NCBI GenBank assembly: GCA_902527245.1
Contig: CABZOI010000006.1
Location: forward strand, 50,778-114,777
Direction of reading: 5' to 3'
DNA: 64,000 nt
From: an uncultured SAR92 cluster bacterium
GTDB taxonomy: Bacteria; Pseudomonadota; Gammaproteobacteria; Pseudomonadales; Porticoccaceae
Position 1 is the stretch's first letter. Every line of letters begins with the position of its first letter. The notes beneath the pieces were generated by a model, which was given only the letters and a program-made list of their open reading frames with translations, searched no databases and was not told where the DNA came from. Positions 1-10,050 of the stretch are shown one piece after another. Both the position numbers and the translations under genes were made by a program.

Positions 1-1
1 T

Positions 2-523
2 CCCGGAGGGAAAATCAGAGGTGGCGAGGTGGCTCTGCAACATAACTTTAATAATCTTCCTCAACCATTCAATGGTTTTGGAATGATTGCAAATTATGCA
101 TACCAAAAAGGTGATAGAGACTTACCTCTGGGAATGGCGGGATTTCTTCAGGCAGATGGAATCAGCTTTGCAGAGTATCCCCTAAATTTTCAAAGACTCT
201 CTGAAAATTCGTATAATTTAACTCTCTACTTTGAGAAACCTCGCTATAAGTTTAGTGGCAGAATTCGCTACACATACAGGGATTATTTCCTAGTTACTGA
301 ATCTTCTGATGCAGCAAACACCTTCCCGCTTTATACCGATAACAAAGGTCAGTTAAATGCGTCCATGTCATACAGGATAAATGATATGTTTACCGCAACA
401 ATGTCAGCTAATAATTTAACCGACGAACAAGTTATACAGCCCGGGATATTTCCAGGGGGCCCGACAGTTAAAGTATTAGATCCAGGCAGGCGTTTTGGAA
501 TAGGAATAAGAGCAAGATTTTAG
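2..523 (+). CDS. TonB-dependent receptor, C-terminal fragment (N-terminus lies upstream of the window)
   Basis: The frame is open to the window edge. Beta-barrel style sequence with an NNLTDEQ motif like the NLTDE motif near the C-terminus of the complete receptor at 14779-17361. Ends in an aromatic residue (...GIRARF*). Confidence 0.75.
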   Translation, partial: PGGKIRGGEVALQHNFNNLPQPFNGFGMIANYAYQKGDRDLPLGMAGFLQADGISFAEYPLNFQRLSENSYNLTLYFEKPRYKFSGRIRYTYRDYFLVTESSDAANTFPLYTDNKGQLNASMSYRINDMFTATMSANNLTDEQVIQPGIFPGGPTVKVLDPGRRFGIGIRARF

Positions 524-551
524 GGCTCTATCGCACTTTACCGAAAATACT

Positions 552-2642
552 GTGTTGAAAAAATTACTTATCATCAAGGCTCTTTTGGCGAACCTGTGTG
601 TTTTAGCGTTCGCAATAGTAGTCTCGAGTGCAACAAGCGCTGAGACGATCTACTACGTGAGTTCCTCCCTTGGAAATGATCAAAATAATGGATTATCAAA
701 GGAAGCTCCCTGGTCTAGCTTAAAAAAAATAAGTAGCCAAACTTTCGAACCAGGGGATGTCATAAAGTTTAAATCTGGTGATACTTTTTTTGGAAGCTTA
801 GATATCAACAGCTCAGGTCAATCAGGAAAACCTATTGTTTTCACTAAATACGGTGGTGATTTGCTTCCTGTAATTGATGCGTCTTCACAAAACAATGGAG
901 AACACGTAGCAGCGATTATGATTCAAGACCAAGATCATATTGAAATTAGCCACCTAAACATAAGAAATCATAGGAAACACGGTCAATCAAAGCCCTCAAT
1001 AAATGAAAAATCAATTCAGCAAAGCACTAATTTCTATGTAAAAGCCCCAAAAGCGAGGACAGTTAGGATGCATTCAAATCGTTTCGGCTGGGATAAGAAT
1101 CATCCAAAGGGAAAGGCAAAATATCTTGGAGATAATCTTTGGGTAGTCTCCATACAACCCTCATGGAGAAAATCTGCCCGATATAAATGGATAGTAGATG
1201 GGGAAATTGAAAATTTAAGAAACGATATCAGGAGAGGTTTGTGTCGATACAGAATTGCAACCGGCTCGATAGTGTCGGGTAATGATTTTGCAAATAGAGC
1301 CTGGGATCCAGGATTAGGAGATATTAAAGAAGACGTTGCCGGAAGGTGCTCATTTAGCTCGGGTGCAAATCCCAAGATCGATTATTCAGACTTTAAAGCT
1401 TTCGGTATTTTTGTGAAAAATTCTGGAAAAAGATTTTTAGAGGGATATGAATTTCATAACCTAACGGTAGAAAAAATATATCCTCTACGAATGAGAAATA
1501 ATCAAAATGAGCAGGCTTTTGTAGATAACATGGTCTCAGGAATTAGATTTGAAACGCTACCTGCAAAATCAAAAAAAGATGCGGTTAATACAAAAAATAT
1601 CTTAGTTCACAATAACCTAATCCGTGAGACTGGTCGCTTCGGCATAGCTGCTAGACATAAATCCTCGAAGATAAAATCAATCTCCAATGAGCCAGTGGAC
1701 TATGATCAGAATTTTATTGTCATTAATAATAAGTGTGAAAATCTAGGTGGCAGCTGTGTATTAATGAGTGGCATATGGGAAGGACTACTTGAAGGGAATA
1801 CATTCATAAAATCTGGAGCAATGGTAGAACCAAGCGTTTCCGTTAACAGAGGGAGTGGAGCCTGGTTTTTCAGAAGTAAGAATGTTGTAGCACAGCATAA
1901 TACTGCGGCTCTCTCCAGAGGCCATAATGACTCGGCAGGAATTCACGTAGATTACAATAATGAAAATATACTCGTTCAATATAACTTCACTTTTAATAAT
2001 GAGGGTTATGGAACCGAGATCCTTGGCGCAAATAAAAATATTATCTGGCGATACAATATAAGCGTAGGGGATGGAACGAGAGTTGTAAATGTTCCAAGAC
2101 CTGAGGGAGGTAGGAGTATAAATCCAGGCCGTACAATACATGTAAGTGATTTTGCAAAACCATATCGAACAAAATCAGAAGATGTTTTCATTTACAATAA
2201 TACATATCTGGTTACTTCTGAATCATCACCCGGCATCGAATTAAAAGCAAAAAACTTGTCTGTGTGGAATAATCTATTCCTTGTACAAGATGATGCATTT
2301 CTTGCGCAAAATTTTAACAAAAGATCAAATTCGTCAAGCGATATTTTTGTAAAAAACAATGGTTTTTCAGGAATGATCTCTACTGAATTTATTGCCCTTG
2401 ATAAGGAGCCGATATTTGTTAATGTTGACTACGAAAAAATAATATCGAATCCAAAAACATTTGCATTTAAAAAAGAGAAAGTCTCAACTGGTAATAAACC
2501 TGTGAAGAGGAATCAACCCAGTTTCCCGTCAGCAGGAAAAGGAATCTTTTCTCATATAAGTGATTATCCCAGAAAAGATTTCTTTGGAAATGCCATCGAC
2601 TACGACGTGAATATTTTGGGGGCAGGTTTTTCGAGTAATTGA
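552..2642 (+). CDS. Secreted right-handed parallel beta-helix repeat protein (polysaccharide lyase/hydrolase-like) with an internal CBM48/E-set-like insert
   Basis: Signal-like N-terminus (LLANLCVLAFAIVVSSATSA). Repeated Asn-rich helix turns (HNNLIRETGRFGI, INNKCENLGG, EGNTFIKSG, AQHNTAA, VQYNFTFNNEG, WRYNISVGDG, WNNLFLV). GTG start 29 nt after the receptor fragment. Confidence 0.6.
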   Translation: MLKKLLIIKALLANLCVLAFAIVVSSATSAETIYYVSSSLGNDQNNGLSKEAPWSSLKKISSQTFEPGDVIKFKSGDTFFGSLDINSSGQSGKPIVFTKYGGDLLPVIDASSQNNGEHVAAIMIQDQDHIEISHLNIRNHRKHGQSKPSINEKSIQQSTNFYVKAPKARTVRMHSNRFGWDKNHPKGKAKYLGDNLWVVSIQPSWRKSARYKWIVDGEIENLRNDIRRGLCRYRIATGSIVSGNDFANRAWDPGLGDIKEDVAGRCSFSSGANPKIDYSDFKAFGIFVKNSGKRFLEGYEFHNLTVEKIYPLRMRNNQNEQAFVDNMVSGIRFETLPAKSKKDAVNTKNILVHNNLIRETGRFGIAARHKSSKIKSISNEPVDYDQNFIVINNKCENLGGSCVLMSGIWEGLLEGNTFIKSGAMVEPSVSVNRGSGAWFFRSKNVVAQHNTAALSRGHNDSAGIHVDYNNENILVQYNFTFNNEGYGTEILGANKNIIWRYNISVGDGTRVVNVPRPEGGRSINPGRTIHVSDFAKPYRTKSEDVFIYNNTYLVTSESSPGIELKAKNLSVWNNLFLVQDDAFLAQNFNKRSNSSSDIFVKNNGFSGMISTEFIALDKEPIFVNVDYEKIISNPKTFAFKKEKVSTGNKPVKRNQPSFPSAGKGIFSHISDYPRKDFFGNAIDYDVNILGAGFSSN

Positions 2643-2645
2643 CCT

Positions 2646-3251
2646 TCAAATATGCCGACTCGTTCTTATTTCTCGGCGAGATATGACAGAAATAGCCCTA
2701 AAAAATAATGCATAGGCAACCAACTCGAAACATTCCTCGATAAGGACACTACTGTGCAAATTAATGTCCTCAAAAAACGAACCAATTATTAAAAAGCATC
2801 CCGAAAGAAAAAGACTTGCACCAATCTTGCTCCTGAAAAAAACCTTTGTGAGATCAATGTAATAACGACGTTTTGAGATCATATAAAGCACGATAGCTGA
2901 AAATATTGTAACCAATAAAATTGTTCTTCCGGAACCCGAGCCCAATACAATTATCCATGTTGGAAGATCAAAATCTTCTAAATCGATTTCTCTCAAAATA
3001 AAACCAAACGACAAGAACGAAAAAAATATTGAAATTATTTTATCTTTTCTCACACGATTTATTGCAGTGCGTATTGATAACATTAAGGATAACAAAAGCA
3101 CAAGAACTTGGGTGTTCTCTAGCAAATTATTTTCGTCAACGATTGCAAAATCATCAAAAAAATGAAATGACAAAATTGACCACGCAATAACGAGAGTTAC
3201 GAGTGCTAAAGCAAAGGTATACAATCTCCTTGCCAATTTGTTAATGACCAT
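2646..3251 (-). CDS. Hypothetical polytopic membrane protein
   Basis: 201-aa ORF with about 6 hydrophobic spans and no recognisable catalytic motif. Convergent with the beta-helix gene. Confidence 0.45.
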   Translation of the reverse strand: MVINKLARRLYTFALALVTLVIAWSILSFHFFDDFAIVDENNLLENTQVLVLLLSLMLSIRTAINRVRKDKIISIFFSFLSFGFILREIDLEDFDLPTWIIVLGSGSGRTILLVTIFSAIVLYMISKRRYYIDLTKVFFRSKIGASLFLSGCFLIIGSFFEDINLHSSVLIEECFELVAYALFFRAISVISRREIRTSRHI

Positions 3252-3480
3252 CTCCTTAGATTTTTACAATAAATATCAAGCTAACGAGGAAAAACGGCGC
3301 ATATTATGCAAAATTTGACTGAAAGCTTAAAGTTTTCTTTGATCACGGCCTGGATGTAATAGTTTCACTCATATCTTTAAGAGGACTCGCATGCTTTAAA
3401 TGGCAATAATTCTTTAATACAATCGATATCCAGTTGTCGAAGATTTTCGTACAAAGAAAAAAACAATAAAAGGAAAAGAA

Positions 3481-4440
3481 ATGGCACTCCCATCCATACT
3501 ATCAAAAAATTTAAAAATCCCAGTGGTGGCTGCGCCGCTTTTCATAATTTCAAATCCAGACTTAGTGATCGCCCAATGTAAAGCAGGTGTTGTAGGTTCA
3601 TTTCCGGCGCTAAATGCGAGGCCTGCTGAGGAACTCGATCGTTGGCTCGAAAAAATTACTACTGAACTAGCAGAATACGATAGACAAAATCCAGAGAATC
3701 CGTCAGCGCCATTCGCAGTCAATCAGATTGTCCACTCCTCAAATGATCGTCTCCAGCATGATGTCGAGATGTGTGTTAAGTGGAAAGTGCCTATCGTTAT
3801 AACATCATTGGGTGCGAAAGAGTTTGTAAATGAAGCCATACACTCCTATGGAGGAATAGTACTTCATGACATAATCAATAATCGTTTTGCTCACAAAGCT
3901 ATAGAAAAAGGAGCAGACGGCTTAATCGCTGTTGCAGCTGGTGCTGGAGGACACGCAGGATCTCTGTCTCCATTTGCACTCATTCAGGAGATAAGAGAAT
4001 GGTTTGATGGGCCTCTTTTGCTGTCTGGATCTATTGCAAAAGGCGATGCAGTGCTAGCCTCTGAAGCAATGGGAGCAGACCTCGCCTACATTGGCTCTGC
4101 TTTTATAGCAACCCATGAAGCAAACGCTACACAAGCTTATAAGCAAGCTATAGTTGATTATAACGCAGACGATATTATGCTAAGTAACTTGTTCACAGGG
4201 GTGCACGGTAACTATCTAAAACCATCTATTGAAGCCGCTGGTTTAGATCCGAATAACCTTCCTGAGAGTGATCCCTCAAAGATGAGTTTTGGCTCAGGCG
4301 GCAGCTCAGCATCGAAAGCTTGGAAGGACATTTGGGGCTGCGGTCAGGGTATCGGAGCTATAAAAATAATAGGATCGACACACGACTTAGTTGAAAACCT
4401 AACTAATCAATACAACACTGCCAAAGCAAGGCTTGTTTAA
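3481..4440 (+). CDS. Nitronate monooxygenase / 2-nitropropane dioxygenase family (FMN, FabK-like TIM barrel)
   Basis: N-terminal IPVVAAPLF...SNPDLV, central AVAAGAGGHAGS and GSAF motifs typical of the NMO family. AAAGGAAAAG SD-like stretch ahead of the ATG. Confidence 0.75.
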   Translation: MALPSILSKNLKIPVVAAPLFIISNPDLVIAQCKAGVVGSFPALNARPAEELDRWLEKITTELAEYDRQNPENPSAPFAVNQIVHSSNDRLQHDVEMCVKWKVPIVITSLGAKEFVNEAIHSYGGIVLHDIINNRFAHKAIEKGADGLIAVAAGAGGHAGSLSPFALIQEIREWFDGPLLLSGSIAKGDAVLASEAMGADLAYIGSAFIATHEANATQAYKQAIVDYNADDIMLSNLFTGVHGNYLKPSIEAAGLDPNNLPESDPSKMSFGSGGSSASKAWKDIWGCGQGIGAIKIIGSTHDLVENLTNQYNTAKARLV

Positions 4441-4492
4441 CCAATATGACTGAACTAAGTATTATTAAATAAAAGGAACCGAACAAAAAATT

Positions 4493-5383
4493 ATGAAATT
4501 AAGAAAACAGCTATGGTGCATGCTAGTTTTACTAATCCCAATGTTTTCTGAAGCAACAGAGGATAAATTTAAAGTAATTACAACATTTACAGTGATTGCC
4601 GATATTGCTCAAAATATTGCGGGGAATGCGGCTATCGTCCAATCCATCACCAAGCCAAATGCAGAAATTCATAATTATCAAGTAACTCCAGGAGACATCA
4701 GAAAAGCTTATGATGCTGATCTTGTTCTATACAATGGCTTGAACCTAGAACTATGGTTTGAAAAATTTTTCAATAATCTAGATTCAATCCCCAGCGTGAT
4801 CGTCACAGAGAATATAAAACCATTGAGCATTTCGAAAGGGCCCTACTCTGGAAAACCAAACCCTCATGCATGGATGTCAACAAAAAATGCAATCATTTAC
4901 ATAGAAAATATAAAGCGTGCATTCATAAAATATGATAATAAAAATGCAAAAACATATACCGAAAATGCCGCAAGGTACTCTTCACAAATTCTCGCACTTG
5001 ACAAACCTCTTAGAGAAAAAATCGAACTGCTTCCACCTGAACATCGATGGTTGGTGACGAGCGAGGGTGCCTTTAGTTACTTAGCCTCAGATTATGGACT
5101 GAAGGAAGCTTTTTTATGGCCAATAAATGCAGATGGTCAAGGCACTCCCCAACAAGTTCGTGAGGTAATAGATTTAGTAAAAAAACACCAGATACCAGCG
5201 ATATTCAGCGAAAGCACAGTATCAGCGAAACCTGCACAGCAAGTCGCGCGTGAAACAGGAGCTAGGTATGGAGGTGTCCTATATGTGGATTCTTTAACGT
5301 CGAAGAGTGGAAATGTCCCAACATATGTAGATCTGTTGCAAGTAACTCTTGATACAATAGTTAAGGGGTTAACCAATAAATGA
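4493..5383 (+). CDS. Metal (Mn/Fe/Zn) ABC transporter substrate-binding protein, TroA/SitA/YfeA-like
   Basis: Signal peptide. NPHAWMS metal-ligand His motif. First gene of an SBP-ATPase-permease-permease set, as in sitABCD/yfeABCD. Confidence 0.85.
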   Translation: MKLRKQLWCMLVLLIPMFSEATEDKFKVITTFTVIADIAQNIAGNAAIVQSITKPNAEIHNYQVTPGDIRKAYDADLVLYNGLNLELWFEKFFNNLDSIPSVIVTENIKPLSISKGPYSGKPNPHAWMSTKNAIIYIENIKRAFIKYDNKNAKTYTENAARYSSQILALDKPLREKIELLPPEHRWLVTSEGAFSYLASDYGLKEAFLWPINADGQGTPQQVREVIDLVKKHQIPAIFSESTVSAKPAQQVARETGARYGGVLYVDSLTSKSGNVPTYVDLLQVTLDTIVKGLTNK

Positions 5384-6261
5384 ATGGGATAGAAGTTAAG
5401 GACATCTCTGTCACCTATAAAAACGGCTACACTGCGCTTTCTGAGACAAGTTTTAGTCTACCTAAAAGTACTATCACAGCGTTGGTTGGGGTGAACGGTA
5501 GCGGAAAGTCGACATTATTCAAAGCAATAATGGGCTTCTTAAACCTTTCAAAAGGATCGATCAAAATTTTTGATGCGTCGGTTAATAAGGCATTAAAAAA
5601 AAATCAAGTAGCTTATGTGCCTCAGTCAGAGGAGATTGATTGGAATTTTCCTGTTCTTGTGGAAGATGTAGTAATGATGGGAAGATTCGGACATATGGGT
5701 TTTCTGAGATCTCCAAAACATTGGGACCATGTTGTTGTCGACTCTGCGCTTCATCGGGTAGGGATGGAATCTTATAAGTCTCATCAGATTGGAGAGTTAT
5801 CTGGTGGTCAGAAGAAGCGAGTATTTTTAGCAAGAGCGATCGCTCAGCAGAGTCAAATAATCCTACTTGATGAACCATTTACCGGGGTTGATGTGCGCTC
5901 TGAAGAGCAAATCATGTCATTGTTGAAGGACATGAAAAAGGAAGGCAAAATTATTTTAGTGTCTACCCACAACCTTGGAAGTGTTCCGGGTTTCTGTGAC
6001 CGAACAATATTGATAGACAAAACAGTTTTAGCTTCAGGACTGACAGAAGAAGTATTCACTCAGGATAATCTTCAACTTGCATTTGGCGGTGTACTTAGGC
6101 AATTTGTTCTTTCTGGCTCACAGTTGCATGACGATGATGACGCAAGACAAGTTACTGTTTTGTCTGATGACGAAAGACCTGTAGTTCTCTATGGAGAGGA
6201 TAATCGAGACATCGATGTTCGTCCCGTGGTAATTTTTGATGAGAATTTATCAAAGGATTAA
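5380..6261 (+). CDS. Metal ABC transporter ATP-binding protein (SitB/YfeB-like) with acidic C-terminal tail
   Basis: Walker [10 protein letters not shown], signature LSGGQKKRV, Walker B IILLDEP. 4-nt overlap with the upstream SBP gene. Confidence 0.9.
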   Translation: MNGIEVKDISVTYKNGYTALSETSFSLPKSTITALVGVNGSGKSTLFKAIMGFLNLSKGSIKIFDASVNKALKKNQVAYVPQSEEIDWNFPVLVEDVVMMGRFGHMGFLRSPKHWDHVVVDSALHRVGMESYKSHQIGELSGGQKKRVFLARAIAQQSQIILLDEPFTGVDVRSEEQIMSLLKDMKKEGKIILVSTHNLGSVPGFCDRTILIDKTVLASGLTEEVFTQDNLQLAFGGVLRQFVLSGSQLHDDDDARQVTVLSDDERPVVLYGEDNRDIDVRPVVIFDENLSKD

Positions 6262-6273
6262 TTTATAACTGAA

Positions 6274-7134
6274 ATGAATCTCCTCAGTCCATTTGCATAT
6301 GAATACATGATTACAGCGATCACCGTAAGCTCCCTCGTTGGAGGCGTATGCGGTTTCCTCTCAGCGTATCTAATGCTTAAAGGGTGGTCTTTAATCGGTG
6401 ATGCATTGTCCCATTCAATAGTGCCAGGAGTCGCAGGAGCCTACATACTAGGATTACCCCTATCACTTGGAGCTTTTTTTTCTGGTGGATTGGCTTCAAG
6501 CGTCATGCTTTTTCTAAATCAACGATCAAAACTAAAGGAAGATGTAATTATTGGATTAATTTTTAGCTCTTTCTTTGGTTTAGGTCTATTTATGGTTTCG
6601 TTGTCACCAACCTCAGTCGATATAAAGACTATTGTTTTGGGCAATATACTAGCAATCACACCATTTGACGCTATTCAACTATTGATTATCTCAATCGTCT
6701 CCATAGTCGTCCTAGGCATTAAATGGAAGGATTTTTTAATTGTATTTTTTGATGAAAATCATGCTGTCACGATTGGATTAAATCCGAACAAAACAAAAAT
6801 TATATTTTTCACCATATTAAGTGCCTGCACTGTCGCGGCTTTACAAACTGTTGGTGCATTTTTAGTCATAGCGCTTGTCGTAACTCCAGGCGCAACGGCT
6901 TATCTACTGAGCGACAAATTTGGTGTCATTTTAACAATTAGCTCATCAATCGGAGTCTTTACTTGTATGCTAGGTGCATATTTGAGCTTTTTTATCGATG
7001 GATCTACTGGCGGAGTGATAGTCACTTTACAGGCATTTATTTTTGTTGTCGTATTTTTGTTTGCACCAAAACATGGTTATTTCAATGCCTTAAAATTAAA
7101 AAAGAACGCCTTACAAGGTGGATTTGATGGCTAG
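6274..7134 (+). CDS. Metal ABC transporter permease (ABC-3 family, SitC/YfeC-like)
   Basis: Polytopic membrane protein, paralogous to the next ORF (LKGWSL.GDA..H...PGV motif shared). Confidence 0.85.
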   Translation: MNLLSPFAYEYMITAITVSSLVGGVCGFLSAYLMLKGWSLIGDALSHSIVPGVAGAYILGLPLSLGAFFSGGLASSVMLFLNQRSKLKEDVIIGLIFSSFFGLGLFMVSLSPTSVDIKTIVLGNILAITPFDAIQLLIISIVSIVVLGIKWKDFLIVFFDENHAVTIGLNPNKTKIIFFTILSACTVAALQTVGAFLVIALVVTPGATAYLLSDKFGVILTISSSIGVFTCMLGAYLSFFIDGSTGGVIVTLQAFIFVVVFLFAPKHGYFNALKLKKNALQGGFDG

Positions 7135-7975
7135 CTTCGACGTACTTGTTCAACCTTTTTACTTTGATTTCATGATGCGTGCATTCTTTATTGCTATATT
7201 AATTGCGATTCCAACTTCAATACTCTCATGTTTTCTTGTTCTCAAGGGATGGTCACTGATGGGTGATGCAGTTGCACACGCCATCCTGCCTGGTGTCGTG
7301 ATTGCTTATCTTCTTGGCTTTCCCTACGTAATAGGTGCCTTTTTAGCAGGCATGCTCTGTGCAGTTACGACAGGTTTTTTATCTGAAAATAGCAGACTCA
7401 AGGAGGATACCATTATGGGTGTAGTATTCTCGAGTATGTTTGCGCTTGGAATAGTGATGATGACTAAGATCGAGTCTGAGGTGCATTTAGATCATATATT
7501 ATTTGGTGACATACTCGGAGTCTCAAATAATGATCTACTTCTGACGGGGTTTATAACAATTAGTAGCGCCCTGTACTTTTTGATTAAAGGTAAAGATCTC
7601 ATCGTCTATGTGTTTGATAGGCATCATGCAAAAGCTATCGGCCTCCCTATTAAAACACTTCACTACTGCCTTTTATCTTTGTTATCAATAACAATTGTTG
7701 GGGCTTTTAAAGCCGTTGGAATGATTTTAGTGATAGCAGCGCTGATTGCACCAGGAGCAATTGCACATTTATTAACTAACCAATTTAAGGATATGGTAAT
7801 TATTTCAATCACAACAAGTATCTTTTGTGCAATTTCAGGCGTGTACTTGAGTTTCTTTATCGATAGTGCACCTGCACCCACGATTGTAGTAATGCTCACC
7901 ATTACTTTTCTAATCGTGTTTCTCTTCAAATCCTCAAAAATAACATCAGAAAAAACTGCTAATTCTCGAATTTGA
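7127..7975 (+). CDS. Metal ABC transporter permease (ABC-3 family, SitD/YfeD-like)
   Basis: Paralogue of the preceding permease. I prefer the ATG at 7127, preceded by AAGGTGGA, over the GTG at 7118 in the track. It overlaps the upstream stop by 8 nt. Confidence 0.85.
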   Translation: MASFDVLVQPFYFDFMMRAFFIAILIAIPTSILSCFLVLKGWSLMGDAVAHAILPGVVIAYLLGFPYVIGAFLAGMLCAVTTGFLSENSRLKEDTIMGVVFSSMFALGIVMMTKIESEVHLDHILFGDILGVSNNDLLLTGFITISSALYFLIKGKDLIVYVFDRHHAKAIGLPIKTLHYCLLSLLSITIVGAFKAVGMILVIAALIAPGAIAHLLTNQFKDMVIISITTSIFCAISGVYLSFFIDSAPAPTIVVMLTITFLIVFLFKSSKITSEKTANSRI

Positions 7976-8006
7976 CACGTAGTTTCATAAATCCTCATAT
8001 CCAGTT

Positions 8007-9455
8007 TTATGAAAAGGATATATTTTTATTTCGAAGCCTGCTTAATTTGAGCTCAAAAAGATCCAAAAAATAGTTTTGTCGCAGTTTCCATGGAGAATTT
8101 AGTCCCTGTCGAGGAAAATCCTCGATTGATCGCAAAATATAACCTGACTCCAAGCCAACTTGCATCACCTTCTTCTCTGAGTTTTTAATATCCTTGGGGA
8201 CGCAGACCTTGTGGCCTTTCTTTAAACAATAATTTACCAACCTACAAAAATACTGACTAGTTAAGTCACACTTTAAAGTCCAAGATGCATTTGTGTAACC
8301 TGAGGCTACGAAAAAGTTTGGTATACCACTGAGCATCACACCTTTATATTGAGTGGTTTGAGAAAAATTAATCTGTTGCTCATCAACAAACATTTTGATG
8401 CCACCAAAAGGGATCATTTTCAGGCCTGTCGCCGAAATTACAACATCAGCTTCAAGTTCCTCACCAGACTGCAACAAAATTCCTTTCGAGGTAAACTCAT
8501 TTATATGCTCTGTGACTATGGTTGCCCTGCCTGCTTTTAAACACTTAAATAAATCTCCGTTGGGCACTAAACATACTCTTTGATCCCAAGGATTGTATAC
8601 TGGTGTCAGATGCTTCTCTACATCAATTGCACTGCCTACGAATCGTTGGGTCAGCTCCAAGAGCTTTCGCTTGACAAAGCCCGGCCATCGTCTTGAAACA
8701 CTATAAAAAATTAAAGAAGCAAGAATATTTTTCCACCTTGCGAGCCTATATGCCAATTTCTCTGAGAAATACTTCTCTAAAAACTTAGCATTCTTATCAG
8801 TTGAAGGACGGCTTACAATATATGTTGGTGATCGTTGAAGCATGGTGACATGCTTTGCTTTTTCTGCCAGCTTTGGAACTAGGGTAACAGCTGTTGCACC
8901 GCTTCCAATAACAATTATTTTTCTATTTTCGTATTCCAGTGAATCGGGCCAGAATTGTGGGTGAACAAAAACTCCTTTGTAACGATCCAAATTTTTAAAA
9001 TCGGGAAGGTATGCTTCATGATAAGAATAATAACCAGAGCATGAGTATAGAAATTGAGAATTAACTACTTTCTTAGTGCCCACCGGATCAATAAATATAA
9101 TTTCCCAAGTTTGCAAAGCGCTATCCCATTTCACTTCCAAAACTGAACTTTCAAATCGAATGTTTTGCTTTACCCCATACTCTTCCGCAGTTGAATCAAT
9201 ATAATTCCAAATATCGGTGCCGTCAGCTATTGCTTTTCTCTCTTTCCATGGTCTAAAGCTATACCCCAGTGTGTACATGTCTGAATCAGAGCGAATTCCA
9301 GGATATTTGAAAAGGTCCCAGGTACCTCCTAGATTCTTCCTACTCTCTAGAACTAAATATTTTTTACCAGGAAAGGTGGTCGTAAAGTGGCATGCCACGC
9401 CGACTCCGGATAATCCAGCGCCAATAATTACCAAGTCATAGTGATGCTCTGTCAT
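8007..9455 (-). CDS. Flavin-containing / Baeyer-Villiger-type monooxygenase (EthA/AlmA-like)
   Basis: N-terminal FAD Rossmann fold VIIGAGLSGVG, second dinucleotide motif VIGSGATAV, and a BVMO-type fingerprint YKGVFVHPQFWP (FxGxxxHxxxWP-like). Confidence 0.8.
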   Translation of the reverse strand: MTEHHYDLVIIGAGLSGVGVACHFTTTFPGKKYLVLESRKNLGGTWDLFKYPGIRSDSDMYTLGYSFRPWKERKAIADGTDIWNYIDSTAEEYGVKQNIRFESSVLEVKWDSALQTWEIIFIDPVGTKKVVNSQFLYSCSGYYSYHEAYLPDFKNLDRYKGVFVHPQFWPDSLEYENRKIIVIGSGATAVTLVPKLAEKAKHVTMLQRSPTYIVSRPSTDKNAKFLEKYFSEKLAYRLARWKNILASLIFYSVSRRWPGFVKRKLLELTQRFVGSAIDVEKHLTPVYNPWDQRVCLVPNGDLFKCLKAGRATIVTEHINEFTSKGILLQSGEELEADVVISATGLKMIPFGGIKMFVDEQQINFSQTTQYKGVMLSGIPNFFVASGYTNASWTLKCDLTSQYFCRLVNYCLKKGHKVCVPKDIKNSEKKVMQVGLESGYILRSIEDFPRQGLNSPWKLRQNYFLDLFELKLSRLRNKNISFS

Positions 9456-9492
9456 TAATTACACCCTACTAACCATAAGATATAACTATAAT

Positions 9493-9966
9493 CTAGTTGA
9501 TATATGCCTGGCCATTTTCTGAGAGCCAATCTAAAAGTTTTTCGATGAATGGCTCGACAGGCTCATCAAAAACCGCATCCAACTCTGTGCGTGCCAAAAT
9601 TCTCTCGGCCCCTTTTTCCTCTAAAAATTTATCAAAATCCTTACCCGCTTGGGCAAAATTTGGATACCCAGAATCTCCTAACGCACAGACTGCAAATGAT
9701 GTTGAACTAAGATCTATTTCTTCAGATTCTAGCCAGGAATGAAGCTCTTCAGCATTATAAGGTGCTTCACCGTTTCCATAAGTGCTAGTAACTATCACAA
9801 CAAGATGTTCCGATTCTAACTCTGATTTTTCATAGTCATCCATATCCGAAACACTACATTTAAAACCATTGGTTTGAAGTGCTGTTTCAATATCAAATGC
9901 ATATTCTTCAGCAGTACCAGTCTCGCTTCCAAATAGTACTTTGATCTCTGGTGAAATATCGTCCAT
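9493..9966 (-). CDS. Flavodoxin-domain protein (MioC / CysJ-FMN-domain-like)
   Basis: FGSETGTAEEYA FMN-phosphate loop, STYGNGE and ALGDSGY motifs. 157 aa. Confidence 0.75.
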   Translation of the reverse strand: MDDISPEIKVLFGSETGTAEEYAFDIETALQTNGFKCSVSDMDDYEKSELESEHLVVIVTSTYGNGEAPYNAEELHSWLESEEIDLSSTSFAVCALGDSGYPNFAQAGKDFDKFLEEKGAERILARTELDAVFDEPVEPFIEKLLDWLSENGQAYIN

Positions 9967-10050
9967 TTTTGAGAAAGCTCCTTTCTATTTGGCAATATTT
10001 TTATAATTGAATGTTCTGTTTACTCAAGAAACAAGGATCTTGGATTTCTA

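Noticed and set aside
1100-2191. Track ORFs on the minus strand (1100-1375, 1785-2141, 2006-2191) inside the beta-helix gene
   Set aside because: They lie entirely antisense to a long, motif-rich plus-strand CDS. They have low-complexity composition, no SD and no recognisable motifs, so they are shadow ORFs. The same reasoning applies to 2467-2649, 3414-3722, 5137-5376, 5582-6059, 7663-7998, 8349-8583, 9217-9441 and 9497-9742.
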